Shown here piece by piece: positions 44,062 to 56,465 of a stretch of DNA of 64,000 nucleotides. The stretch covers positions 718,986 through 782,985 of the forward strand of contig JAHDYR010000015.1 of the NCBI GenBank assembly GCA_019828565.1, written 5' to 3'. Each line of letters starts with the position of its first letter. The stretch's first letter is position 1. Below the pieces are notes generated by a model. It was not told where the DNA came from. It saw only the letters and a program-made list of their open reading frames with translations, and made no database searches. Position numbers and translations under genes: made by a program. The DNA is from Carpediemonas membranifera BICM. Its lineage: Eukaryota > Protista > Fornicata.

Positions 44062-47000
44062 TGTGACGCGGTCCACTCCCTCTTCTTCCCCGCAGTTTAA
44101 GTAAATCGTTCAACGTCCCAGCACAGTGATCACTGCTGAACTAATGTTGATCCAACCGCAACCTAGACTGAATCAGTTTACTCTCCAAGAAGCCCAAAGC
44201 TTCACCAGACAATTCAGGTTCTTCAAAACCCACTACACCACGGCTCAAAACAGCCCCACAGTTCTCCAGTGCCTCACTCTTAACCAAATCGAACACCTCC
44301 GTTTCACCTCTGGTGTAGAGAACCTGGAAACTTCATCCGACGACGAACTTTTGGACCTCATCAACCGTGTTTGTCGCCCCCGTACATTAGCCGCCACCAT
44401 CCGCGCTATTGAGGCTCTTCAGCAGGATACCAAAATCTCCACCCTCGAAGGAGTCTCCAAACTCATCGCCGAGTTCCGCGAATGGCGCTCCCATGCCCAG
44501 AAGCTCCTCTCTGACACCGACGACGCTGAAGAAAGCGATTCAGAGAGTGACCCCGACATTCAGGCCCTTAATGCCACACTGCAAGGCCAGAATGAGCGTC
44601 AGGACAACCCAGAACCCGAAAGCAAGAACCCGCCGCCCACTCAGACTCCGAGCGCCCACCGTGGTCTTGATAAGATCATTACGAAGCTCTTCTTCAAGGC
44701 CCTTCGCCCTAGATCTCTGTCCACCGCCGTCGAACGCGACTGGCAGCTGCAAGGCCGCCGCCACGGGTTCGAGAAGCTACTCTCAACGACCCGATCCAGG
44801 CTCATCGACGCCATCGACGCAAAGGAGGAGCACGGAGACATCATCGAGAATCTCTCAACGCTCTCCGTCAGCGCCCCCGTCACCAAGACGCCCGCCACTC
44901 GCCCGCCTAGAGGCCCCCCAGGCCCATGCTCCTGCGGCAAGTGGCATTGGAAGTCGGACTGCCCCCAGCGTGCCCACAACACCGGCAGGGCAGGCCAAAG
45001 GAACACCCAAGCCCATGCCCCCGCCAGTTCAGGCGCCCAAGCCGCTGGCGGAAACTCATCCGGCGCCTCCACGGCGCCGCCCAAGCCGACCCCCAACAAC
45101 GCCGAAAATAGACCCACGCCCCACTCAGGCACCTCAGGGGAGCGCCGCGCCGGCCACATGCACCTGCGCGATCGCTCTCAACTTCACAACTCACGCCAAG
45201 TCAACAACGTCGATTGCAACGAGGTTCAGAACGAAAGTTGCAATTACGGCGCAGCTTTCACGGTTTCGGGCTCTATTAATGAGCAAGAGCAACAACTCAC
45301 CATCGATAGCGGCTCCGCGGTCACCATTGTTTCACGTTCGATCGCAAACCGCCTGAAAATGGAAGAGCACGCCGCAGAGAAGCCATTTACCGTCCATACC
45401 GCCACACAACAAGAGGTTCTCATCACTCACTACGTCAAAGCCCGCGTAACACTCCCCAGCACATCTGGCAAGGTTATCGTCAACGACCTGGTGTTGTACC
45501 TGATGGACCGTCACACAGGTGTCCTCATCGGCTGCGACACGCTCAGGAAGCTTGGGTACCTTTCTGACCGCGGACTCTACATTCCCCTCGTCCCGGACAC
45601 ACGTCCCGATGATGCGACGGACGGACTCCCCCAACACCGCTACCTCGACGCTGAGGTCAACGCCGTAACCCCTACACCCGTCGGCGATCCTTTCAGCAGT
45701 GCATGCGAGGTCTTAGAGCTATCCACGCCAGAGCATACAGCGGAGCTCCACGCCATCCTCCGACAGTATGATCACCTCTTTGACCCGGTCATCGCCAAGG
45801 AGCCTTGCTCATTCGCCCCTATGAGCATCAAGCTCATTGAGAACGCTCCTCCCATCCGCATGCGACCCCGGAACATACACCCGGACAAGCTCGAGTGGCT
45901 CCTACCCTACGTCGAGAAGCTACGCCTCGATGGCATCACTCAGCCTTCAGAAGGCCCATACGCCAGCCCAATCGTACTCGTTGCTAAGGGTGAAGCCTAT
46001 CGCCTCTGCATAGACTACACCAAGCTGAACTCTTGGACGGTACCCGACCACCACCCCATCCCGAACATGCGTGACCTACTACACCTCGCCTCCGGCTGCG
46101 GCCGCTTCGCCTGCTTAGACCTCACGTCAGGCTACTGGCAGGTCGCCATGTCACACCAAGACACACCCAAGACAGCCTTCACAGCGCCTGGCGTTTATGA
46201 AGAGTTCAAACGCATGCCCTTTGGCCTCTGCAATGCCCCAAGCCATTTCCAACGCGAGATAGAGACGCTCTTAGCACCCCACCTCTACAAGGGCATCAAC
46301 CCTTACATTGACGACATCTTCCTCTACGCGAAGGACGACGATGACTTCCTCCGTCTCCTCAGGGCCCTCTTCGAGAAGGCAGACCTCGCAAACCTCCGCT
46401 TTAGCGCCCCGAAATGCGTGTTCGGGACTAAGCGAGCCGTCATGGTTGGCTTCATAGTCGACCAGGAGGGCATACATGTGGACCCCAAGCGCACACAGGC
46501 CTTGCGAGACCTCCCCTCCCCCACCAACGTGCATGAGCTGCGAACTGTCCTGGGACAGTTTCAGTTCCTCGCCTCGTTTACAACACATCACCGTCATGAG
46601 CTTATGAAGCCTCTCACCGACCTCCTCCAGAAGGACTGTCCATGGGACTGGACGGAGGAGCGAGAGAAGGCCTTCATCGAGCTCAAGGCACTCTTCACAG
46701 ACGACCTATACATCGCCCACCCAGACCCAGCCGCCGACTGGATCCTGGAGACCGACGCCTCGAACGTTGGAGCGGGCGGTGTGCTGTGGCAAGTGAAAGA
46801 TGACTCAACTCAGGTCTTAGCGTACTACTCACACACCTTTAACGCAACCCAGTCACGCTGGGCGACCTGCGAACAAGAGCTCTTCGCGATTGTGTTCTGC
46901 CTGACGCACCCCAGCTTGACCCAGCTCCTCAGACTCAAGCACTTCAAGCTCCGCACTGACCACAGCAACCTCATCTATATGCTGTATAAGTCATCCATGA

Positions 47001-48612
47001 ACGATAAGATTAATCGTTGGAGACTCACCCTAGCAGACTTCCGGTTCGACATCGAGCATGTCCCAGGCCAACATAACACCGTTGCGGATGCCCTCAGCCG
47101 TTGTGGCCACGTCCCTGTCCCCGTTGCCGCGCTCAAAATCACAACAGACCCCCGGTACACGGAACAGCTCGCCAAACACCAGAGCACGGACCCGACAACC
47201 AGCAACATCACGCCGGACGCTGACGGCCTCCGCCGCAAGGACGGCTTAGTAGTCATACCGAAAGAGAAGTGCTTACCACTCCGCCGGGAGCTCATGACAA
47301 TCGCCCATCGCGGCCACCATGGCGTCGCTGCCACCTTGTCCCGACTCAAGCGAGAGGGATACACTTGGTCAGGCTGTGAGGCTGACATCGAAGCGTTCAT
47401 AGCCGAGTGTGACGAGTGTCAGAAGGCCCGCCTACGGAACTTTGCGGAAGCGACGATGCAGACGACGGCAGTTTACAAACCTTTCCACACTGTCGCCGTA
47501 GACACAATTGGCCCGATCCCCTCTGACGCATACGGCGCACGCTACATAACCGTCATGGTTGACATGTTCTCGCGTTACACCGAGCTCGCAGCCACTCAGG
47601 AGAACACGGCTGACGCCGCCGCCAACGCTATCTGGACCCAGGTCATCACCCGTCATGGTACCCCACTCTTCGTCAAGTCAGACAATGGCCCAGAGTACAC
47701 CGGCAAGATCGTCCAGACACTCCTCGAGAACGCCGAGATTACCCAACAGTTCACACTTCCATACCATCCGCAGTCAAACGGCCTGAGTAGAGCGCCGCAA
47801 CGCGGAAGTGATGAAGCTGGTGCGATGCCTGGCGCTGCAGTTTGACAAGTTCGACAATTGGAGCACCCTCTTGCCTGTCGTTCAACTCCTCCTCAACACC
47901 ACCATCTGCTCAGCGACCGGTATCACCCCGCACGCAATGCTGTACGGCGACCACATGGACCCAAGCGCCACCGTCGCAAAGATCATCAACGCCACAGCCT
48001 CCACACCAGACACACCTATTTCAACGGCTGCCATCTACGTCAAACAACTTCGAGGCCATCTCGATAAGCTTGCCTCTAGGGCGGCCGAGAGACAGAAGTC
48101 AACCGTCGAAAAGCGCCTGAGTAAGCGCAACGCCGACCGCGAAGACACCCCCTTCCATGCGGGTGACCTGGCCCTTCTCAACAGAACCAAGACACCTAAG
48201 CTGCACGGCTTCAAGGGCCCCTTTAAGATCCTCGCAATCCTAGACAACCACGCAGTCCGCCTCGTAGACCTGTTCGAGGGTGAGCCATTCGTGGCCCACC
48301 GGGACCAGCTCATCCGTTTCAAGACACGCAGCGGCCTTCAGCGCCTCAAGGCCCTGGCCGCCTCGGACGACCAGTCGTACGAAGTCGAAGATATCAAGAA
48401 GCACCGCCGTAAGAACGGCACGCTCGAACTACTGACCCAGTGGGTCGGGTATGACGAGCCCACGTGGGAGCCGGCCTCCAACCTGCGACACGTTGCCGTT
48501 GCCCGCGACTATCTCAAGAAGCATAAGCTCAAGCTTAGGGAGGCAGGATGTGACGCGGTCCACTCCCTCTTCTTCCCCGCAGTTTAAGTAAATCGTTCAA
48601 CGTCCCAGCACA
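44062..48612 (+). mobile_element. G8: full-length chromodomain Gypsy element with identical 64-bp LTRs
   Basis: LTRs 44062-44125 and 48549-48612, TSD CAAG, PPT AGGGAGGCAGGA. Confidence 0.95.
44144..48587 (+). CDS. G8 gag-pol-chromodomain (one frameshift near 47785); stop inside the 3' LTR
   Basis: CSCGKWHWKSDC, IDSGS, YIDD, ETDAS, DTIGP/SDNG, YEVEDIKKH..QWVGY. Confidence 0.92.
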
Positions 48613-48891
48613 CAAGGACAAGTACTGTGGGGATTTACAGAACCTGTCAAGGTGTCCGCTCTTCCCGCACTTCTGACACTTGTTCTTGGGCTTCTTACAC
48701 TCGTAGACGGCGTGACCCTTACCACCACAGTTATAGCAAGTGAACTGTGAATGATCACGTCTGCCCTTCTTGTCGATAGGCTTAGTCGACGCGTGTTCAG
48801 GTCTGGTAGCATGCGAACGGTCTTCGGTGGGACGTGACTGAGGCTTGCGATCGTTGCGTCGGTGGGAGTTACGGCTCGTGTGGTGGTGCTC
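48613..48891 (-). pseudogene. G9 gag fragment with two CCHC knuckles
   Basis: CYNCGGKGHAVYEC / CQKCGKSGHLDRFC; G6-like. Confidence 0.8.
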
Positions 48892-51800
48892 TGTGCCGGG
48901 GCGAAGAGATTGGAACATTTACATAAACTGCGGACGTGGATGCCTTATGACATCCTACCCCCCTTAAGCTTGAGCTTGTGGGACTTGAGGTAGTCACGTG
49001 CCGCAGTGACGTGGCGGAGCCCGTCAGCGGGTTCCCATGTGGGATCGTAGTCGCCCTCCCAGCAGACGAGGAGCTGCAGTGTGCCGTTGCGGCGACGGTG
49101 CTTCTCGATGCCTTGCACGACGTACGTCTGCTCGTCGGAGGCGGCGAGGTTCTTCAGGCGGCTGAGCCCCGACTTGGTGTTGAAAGGAAGGACCTGGTCT
49201 ACGTGAGCCATGAAGGGGGCGCTCTCGAAAAGGTCGACCAGCTGAAGGGTGTTGTTGTCCTTGATGGCGAGAATCTTGAACGGGCCGGCGAAGCCATGCA
49301 GCTTTGGGGTCTTCGTCCGGTTGAGCAGGACGAGGTCGCCTTCCTTGAAGCTAGTCGGCTGGCGGTCGGCGTTGGCCTTGGCGAGGCGCTTGTCTACAGT
49401 CTCGCGCTGCTTCTCGGCCGCCCTAGAGGTCAACTTGGAGAGGTGGGCTCGAAGTAAAGTGATGTAGGCTGAGGCTGAGGCAAGGGGCGAGTCATTGTCG
49501 CTCGGTCGGAGGATTCTAGCGACTGTGGAGCTGGGGTCGAGTTGGTCTCCATACAGCATGGCGTGGGGTGTGACCCCAGTGGCGCTGCAGGTGGTTGTGT
49601 TCAGCAGCAGCTGAACTACCGGAAGGAGGTCGCTCCAACGGGAGAACTTGTCGAATGGAGGATCAAACAGCGAAGATGCTTCATGACCTCCGCGTTACGA
49701 CGCTCTACCAGCCCATTCGACTGAGGGTGGTAGGGGAGGGTGAATTGCTGGGTGATGTCCGCGCTTTCGAGCAGGGCCTTGACGACGTTGCCGGTGAACT
49801 CCAGGCCCGTTGTCGGACTTGAAGAACAGGGGAGTCCCATGACGGGTAATCACCTGGCGCCAGAGGGCCTCTGACGCTGCATCAGCTGTGTTCTCGTCCG
49901 TCGCGGCCAACTCAGTGTAGCGAGTAAACATATCGACCATAACTGTGATGTATCTGGAGCCGACTGCGTCTGCCGGGATTGGACCAATAGTATCCACTGC
50001 GACAGTGTGGAACGGTTTGTACACTGCTGTTGTGCGGAGCTCTGCCTCGGCGAAGTTGCGTAGGCGAGCTTTCTGGCACTCGTCACATGAGGCGATGAAC
50101 TCCTCGACATCTGTTGTGCAGCCTGTCCAGGTATAGCCGTCTGCTCTCAGGCGTTCGATGGTAGCCTTGGCGCCGTGGTGTCCTCTGTGGGCGATCTGTA
50201 TCAGCTCCTTTCGAAGGGGTCTGCACACGGTTGAAGTAGGGATGACGACGAGGCCGTCCTTGCGGCGAAGACCGTCGCTGTCTACGGTCAGCTTGGAGAC
50301 GGTAGAGTCGTCTGTCTGGTGTTTGATGAGTGTGTCATGGTAGCGGGAGTCAGTCGTGATGGCTGCGACAGTGGGCGAGGTCGAGTGACCGCAGCGGCTC
50401 AGCGCGTCTGCGACTGCGTTCTGTAGGCCGGGAACGTGCTCGACATCGAACTTGTAGTCTGCTAATGTCAGTCTCCACCGGTTGATCTTGTCGTTCTCGG
50501 ATGACTTGGCGATCATGTAAATAAGATTACGGTGGTCGGTCCGTAGGAGGAACCTCTTCAGGCGTAGGAGGGGTGACAGGGTCGGGTGTGTAAGGCAAAA
50601 GACAATGGCAAATAGCTCCTGCTCACACGTGGCCCAGCGCGACTGGGTTGACGTGAATGTGTGAGAGAAGTAGGCGAGGACCTGTGTCTTGTCGTCCTTT
50701 GTCTGCCATAGTACGCCGCCTGCTCCGATGTTGCTAGCGTCTGTCTCGAGCGTCCAGTCGGCGTCGGCGTCCGGATGTGCGATAAAGAGATCGTCAGTGA
50801 ACAGGGTCTTCAGGCCGTCGAAAGCGGCGTCGTGCTCCGCTGTCCATTCCCACAGACGGTCCTTTTGCAGAAGATCGTTGAGAGGTCTCATGTACTCGTG
50901 TCGTGTATGGGGAACGAATGATGCGAGGTACTGGAACTGTCCGAGGACTACGCGAAGCTCGTGGACGTTGGTGGGTGCAGGTAGATCGCGTAGGGCTTGG
51001 GTCCTGGCTGGGTCGACGTGTACTCCGGCCTGGTCGACCGTAAAGCCGACAATCTTGGCGCTGGTGGTGCCGAAGACTCCCTTCTTGGCGCTGAACTGAA
51101 CGCCTGCAGCGTCCGCGCGTGTGAGCAGGTCGCGGAGAATGCGTAGGAAGGAGTCATCGTCACGGGCGTAGATGAATATGTCGTCGATGTAGGGGTTGGC
51201 GCCCTTGTACAACAGTGGGGCGAGCATGCCTTCGATCTCCCGCTGGAAGTGAGAAGGCGCGTTGCAAAGGCCGAACGGCATCCTGAGGAATTCCTCGTAG
51301 ACGCCCGGGGCGGTGAAGGCCGTCTTAGGCACGTCGTCTGGGTGCATGGCCACCTGCCAGTAGCCCGACGTCAGGTCTAGCGTCGCAAAGCGTGTGCAGC
51401 CCGACGCGAGGTTGAGGAGTTCTCGCATGTTGGGGATCGGGTGCCGGTCGGGTACTGTCCAAGAGTTGAGGCGGCCGTAGTCGATACAGAGACGGTAGGC
51501 GTCGCCCTTTGCGACCAGGACGATGGGGCTTGCGTAAGGCCCCTCAGAGGGCTGTGTGATCTCGTCCTGGCGCAGGCGCTCGACGTATGGCAACAGCCAC
51601 TCCAGCTTCTTCGGGTGTAGGTTGCGCGGGCGAAGACGGATCGGAGGGGCGTTGTCGTAAAGCGGGATGCGCATAGGGGCAAACGAGCACGGCTGTTTGC
51701 TTATGACGGGGTCGAATAGGTGATCGAACCGACGGAGGATCGAATGTAGCTCGTCGGTCTGGGCCTTGGTGGAGAGCTCGTGTATCTCACACGCGTCGGT

Positions 51801-53400
51801 GTGAAACTCGCTTGAGGAGACGGCCTCGACGGGGGCGTCGAGGTACTTGTGGAGTGGGAGGCCATCGGTGGCGTCCTCCGGGCGTGAATCCGGAAGAAGT
51901 GGGATGTGGAGGCCACTCTCGGAGAGATAACCGAGCGCGCGAAGCACGTCGCATCCAATGAGCACACGTTCAGTGGCGCGCGTCATGATGTAGAGGATGA
52001 GATCGACGATGACGTTTCCAGATGTGCTGGGCAACGTGATCCGCGCTTGGACGTAGTGAGTGATGAGGATGGGCTCATTGGTAACGGACTGAACAGTAAA
52101 TGGCTTTTCAAGCTCATGTGTGACGAGTTGGAGCGTCTTAACGGAGGTTGTGGAGATGATCGTGATTGCGGAGCCGCTATCGATCAATATCACCTGTTCT
52201 TGGTCATTCACAGCTCCCTTAACTGAGAATGCAGTTGAAGCGGCAACTTCTTCGATAAAGGCATCATCACAAGCATTGTGTGCGACTTCGACTTCGTGGA
52301 CTCCTGGACGAGAGTTGATCAGCTTGGATCTGTCCCGGAGCACCATGTTCCCAGCGCGTCTCTCGTCGGGGCGAGGCTGTGGCTGCTGGGATGACTGTTG
52401 CTGCTGCTTCTGAGCAGCTGGTGCCGGCTGTGGCTGAGCCGGTTTGTTGGCCGCTTGGGGCTGGCGTTGCGGCTGAGGTGCCGGTCTGGCGTCGCGGGCC
52501 GCGGCGGGGTGGCCTTTGGTAGCCTGGGGCTGTCCGGGCGTGCTGCCGCGGTGCGGGCAATCAGCCTTCCAGTGCATGCCTCCACAGGAGCACGCGTATG
52601 GAGGAGGGCGCCGGCGCTCGCGGCGGGATCTGGTGTTGGCGTTCTGGCTATGTTTCGGGCCAGTGCTGGAGCTCGTGATGGAGCTCGTGCTGGAGGATGT
52701 GATGGATATGTCTTGAATCACGCTTCCGAGGACTTCACGGGCGTCAATGGCGTGCAGTATGAGCTCGCGCGTGTGCACAAATAAGCTATCGATGTCCCGG
52801 GCGCCAGAGAGGTCCCACTTTTGCTGAATACGGTTGGCAAGTGAGACCGGGCGAAGGGCGGCGATAAAAGCTTTGGCGATGATCTTATCGAGTCCGCGGG
52901 TGGGGCTGGCTTTTCTCGGGGTGTCCTGCTCACTCGGCGTGCTGTCTGGCTTCTGGGTGATGACCTTGCTGAGGGCGGCCTCGTCTTCATCCACCTCGGC
53001 GGGCTCGGGCTCTGGCTTGGCGCCGAGCTCGGCGTTGAGAAGGGCATGGGCGTGGGAGCGCAGCTCCTCGGTCTCAGCCATGAGACGAGATACGGCCTCG
53101 ATCGTGGACTTGGTTCGGTCCTGCGTGAGGGCCCGGATTTCTTGGATGGTTTTCTCAAGGGTTCTCGGGAAAGAAAGAGCGGTGATTTCGGCGAGAAGTT
53201 CTGCGTCGTTGAGTGCTTCGACGTCGACGTTGCGGACAAATCGGACATGACTGACTTGATCCTCGGTGAGGCACTCGTAAGCCGTTATGACGGTTGTGGT
53301 AGGAGCATGCTTCTGCGCGAACGTGAGGGCGCGTTTGAACGCGCGAACGGACTCTCTAGAGAAGTCCGATAGTGATGGCGGAATCCAATTATTCATTTCG
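48892..53400 (-). mobile_element. G10: G8-related chromodomain Gypsy element, putative 61-bp 3' LTR 48892-48952, 5' LTR lost
   Basis: PPT AAGGGGGGTAGGA; insertion point confirmed by the uninterrupted G9 copy at 55629. Confidence 0.88.
48945..53396 (-). CDS. G10 gag-pol-chromodomain (frameshifts in IN)
   Basis: ORFs 49695..53396, 49616..49840 and 48945..49559; CSCGGMHWKADC, IDSGS, YIDD, YVVQGIEKH..CWEG. Confidence 0.9.
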
Positions 53401-53403
53401 GAA

Positions 53404-55629
53404 AGAAGGCCTTCATCGAGCTCAAGGCACTCTTCACAGACGACCTATACATCGCCCACCCAGACCCAGCCGCCGACTGGATCCTGGAGACCGACGCCTC
53501 GAACGTTGGAGCGGGCGGTGTGCTGTGGCAAGTGAAAGATGACTCAACTCAGGTCTTAGCGTACTACTCACACACCTTTAACGCAACCCAGTCACGCTGG
53601 GCGACCTGCGAACAAGAGCTCTTCGCGATTGTGTTCTGCCTGACGCACCCCAGCTTGACCCAGCTCCTCAGACTCAAGCACTTCAAGCTCCGCACTGACC
53701 ACAGCAACCTCATCTATATGCTGTATAAGTCATCCATGAACGATAAGATTAATCGTTGGAGACTCACCCTAGCAGACTTCCGGTTCGACATCGAGCATGT
53801 CCCAGGCCAACATAACACCGTTGCGGATGCCCTCAGCCGTTGTGGCCACGTCCCTGTCCCCGTTGCCGCGCTCAAAATCACAACAGACCCCCAGTACACG
53901 GAACAGCTCGCCAAACACCAGAGCACGGACCCGACAACCAGCAACATCACGCCGGACGCTGACGGCCTCCGCCGCAAGGACGGCTTAGTAGTCATACCGA
54001 AAGAGAAGTGCTTACCACTCCGCCGGGAGCTCATGACAATCGCCCATCGCGGCCACCATGGCGTCACTGCCACCTTGTCCCGACTCAAGCGAGAGGGATA
54101 CACTTGGTCAGGCTGTGAGGCTGACATCGAAGCGTTCATAGCCGAGTGTGACGAGTGTCAGAAGGCCCGCCTACGGAACTTTGCGGAAGCGACGATGCAG
54201 ACGACGGCAGTTTACAAACCTTTCCACACTGTCGCCGTAGACACAATTGGCCCGATCCCCTCTGACGCATACGGCGCACGCTACATAACCGTCATGGTTG
54301 ACATGTTCTCGCGTTACACCGAGCTCGCAGCCACTCAGGAGAACACGGCTGACGCCGCCGCCAACGCTATCTGGACCCAGGTCATCACCCGTCATGGTAC
54401 CCCACTCTTCGTCAAGTCAGACAATGGCCCAGAGTACACCGGCAAGATCGTCCAGACACTCCTCGAGAACGCCGAGATTACCCAACAGTTCACACTTCCA
54501 TACCATCCGCAGTCAAACGGCCGAGTAGAGCGCCGCAACGCGGAAGTGATGAAGCTGGTGCGATGCCTGGCGCTGCAGTTTGACAAGTTCGACAATTGGA
54601 GCACCCTCTTGCCTGTCGTTCAACTCCTCCTCAACACCACCATCTGCTCAGCGACCGGTATCACCCCGCACGCAATGCTGTACGGCGACCACATGGACCC
54701 AAGCGCCACCGTCGCAAAGATCATCAACGCCACAGCCTCCACACCAGACACACCTATTTCAACGGCTGCCATCTACGTCAAACAACTTCGAGGCCATCTC
54801 GATAAGCTTGCCTCTAGGGCGGCCGAGAGACAGAAGTCAACCGTCGAAAAGCGCCTGAGTAAGCGCAACGCCGACCGCGAAGACACCCCCTTCCATGCGG
54901 GTGACCTGGCCCTTCTCAACAGAACCAAGACACCTAAGCTGCACGGCTTCAAGGGCCCCTTTAAGATCCTCGCAATCCTAGACAACCACGCAGTCCGCCT
55001 CGTAGACCTGTTCGAGGGTGAGCCATTCGTGGCCCACCGGGACCAGCTCATCCGTTTCAAGACACGCAGCGGCCTTCAGCGCCTCAAGGCCCTGGCCGCC
55101 TCGGACGACCAGTCGTACGAAGTCGAAGATATCAAGAAGCACCGCCGTAAGAACGGCACGCTCGAACTACTGACCCAGTGGGTCGGGTATGACGAGCCCA
55201 CGTGGGAGCCGGCCTCCAACCTGCGACACGTTGCCGTTGCCCGCGACTATCTCAAGAAGCATAAGCTCAAGCTTAGGGAGGCAGGATGTGACGCGGTCCA
55301 CTCCCTCTTCTTCCCCGCAGTTTAAGTAAATCGTTCAACGTCCCAGCACACAAGGACAAGTACTGTGGGGATTTACAGAACCTGTCAAGGTGTCCGCTCT
55401 TCCCGCACTTCTGACACTTGTTCTTGGGCTTCTTACACTCGTAGACGGCGTGACCCTTACCACCACAGTTATAGCAAGTGAACTGTGAATGATCACGTCT
55501 GCCCTTCTTGTCGATAGGCTTAGTCGACGCGTGTTCAGGTCTGGTAGCATGCGAACGGTCTTCGGTGGGACGTGACTGAGGCTTGCGATCGTTGCGTCGG
55601 TGGGAGTTACGGCTCGTGTGGTGGTGCTC
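53404..55629 (+). repeat. ~2.2-kb direct duplication of 46665-48891 (G8 RH-IN-chromodomain, third LTR 55287-55350, G9 gag flank)
   Basis: Near-identical sequence; ORF 53520..55325 is unbroken here. Confidence 0.92.
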
Positions 55630-55750
55630 GGCGTTGGACGGCTTGTCCTGGAACGCGTTGGCGATCGCGGTGCTCTCTTGGACTGTTCTGGATAGGGCTA
55701 GAACGCGCGGCATGGCATCTTCAAGCGACATGTCCTGTGTCGTAGACTCC
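55351..55750 (-). pseudogene. G9 gag fragment, uninterrupted copy
   Basis: ORF 55273..55731 with two CCHC knuckles. Confidence 0.75.
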
Positions 55751-55821
55751 TTATCATTTAATCAGTTGATGATTACGACACCATTGTGTCGAGATTAAAA
55801 TGTTTCCCACCGACAACGTCA
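55751..55821 (+). repeat. Probable truncated LTR 3' end abutting the first LRR unit
   Basis: CGACAC-CATT-GTGTCG hairpin as in the G5 and G6 LTRs; AT-rich, ends in CA. Confidence 0.4.
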
Positions 55822-56249
55822 CCATCGGCAACCTGCCCAGCCTCAAGTACCTCAACCTTGACAACAACCTCCTGACTGGCCCCCTGCCCGCCACCCTCTG
55901 CGCTGACGAGCACCTCCAGTACATCTACCTCGGCCACAACCTCTTCGAGGGCGATATCCCCGCCTGCTACGTCACCAACTTCACCTTCGTCAAGGAGGTC
56001 CACCTCGACTGCAACCTGCTCACCGGCGACCTCCTCGACTTCTCCGTCTACGAGTACATGTTCGAGCTCCGCTCCCGCTGCAACAACTTCAACGTCGAGT
56101 GCCCCGCCTGGACCGAGACCACTGACATGCTCGTCATCTGCTCCGGCTCCTGCGAGGACTGCCCCATTGTCCCCCCGACCCAGTGCCCCGAGTTCGTCGA
56201 GGTCGAGGACTGCGGCCTCTGCTACCCCCTTGAGGCTGTCCCCGTCTAA
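55822..56249 (+). pseudogene. 5'-truncated LRR gene copy
   Basis: Begins at IGNLPSLKYL, directly after the TE nest. Confidence 0.85.
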
Positions 56250-56465
56250 GCTTGGTAAATGACTGAGTGATGCGTTGTGGGTGACCCACGCGGTTTACCT
56301 CGGGAGCACCGCGCCCCTTGCCGGGCCGGAGGATGCATTCGCCCGCCTCTGGCGCGCGTGGGGCAGGCTGGCGAGCACGCGATGCGATGGCGGGCCAGAT
56401 CAATTTCTGTGACACTGTAGAATGCGAGCTCGCGATGACACGACAAGTCTACAGCTCACACAACA

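Noticed and set aside
5728-48616. CANN target preference (all five confirmed TSDs start with CA on one strand)
   Set aside because: Single-sided flanks of G3b, G4, G6, G7 and G10 (TCGC, GCCT, GTGT, AGCG, GCTC) do not fit; sample too small.
3000-53400. Programmed frameshifting or an alternative genetic code to explain broken ORFs
   Set aside because: Breaks are scattered single-base indels, mostly in homopolymers, and G1 is an intact single ORF under the standard code; sequencing error or decay is simpler.
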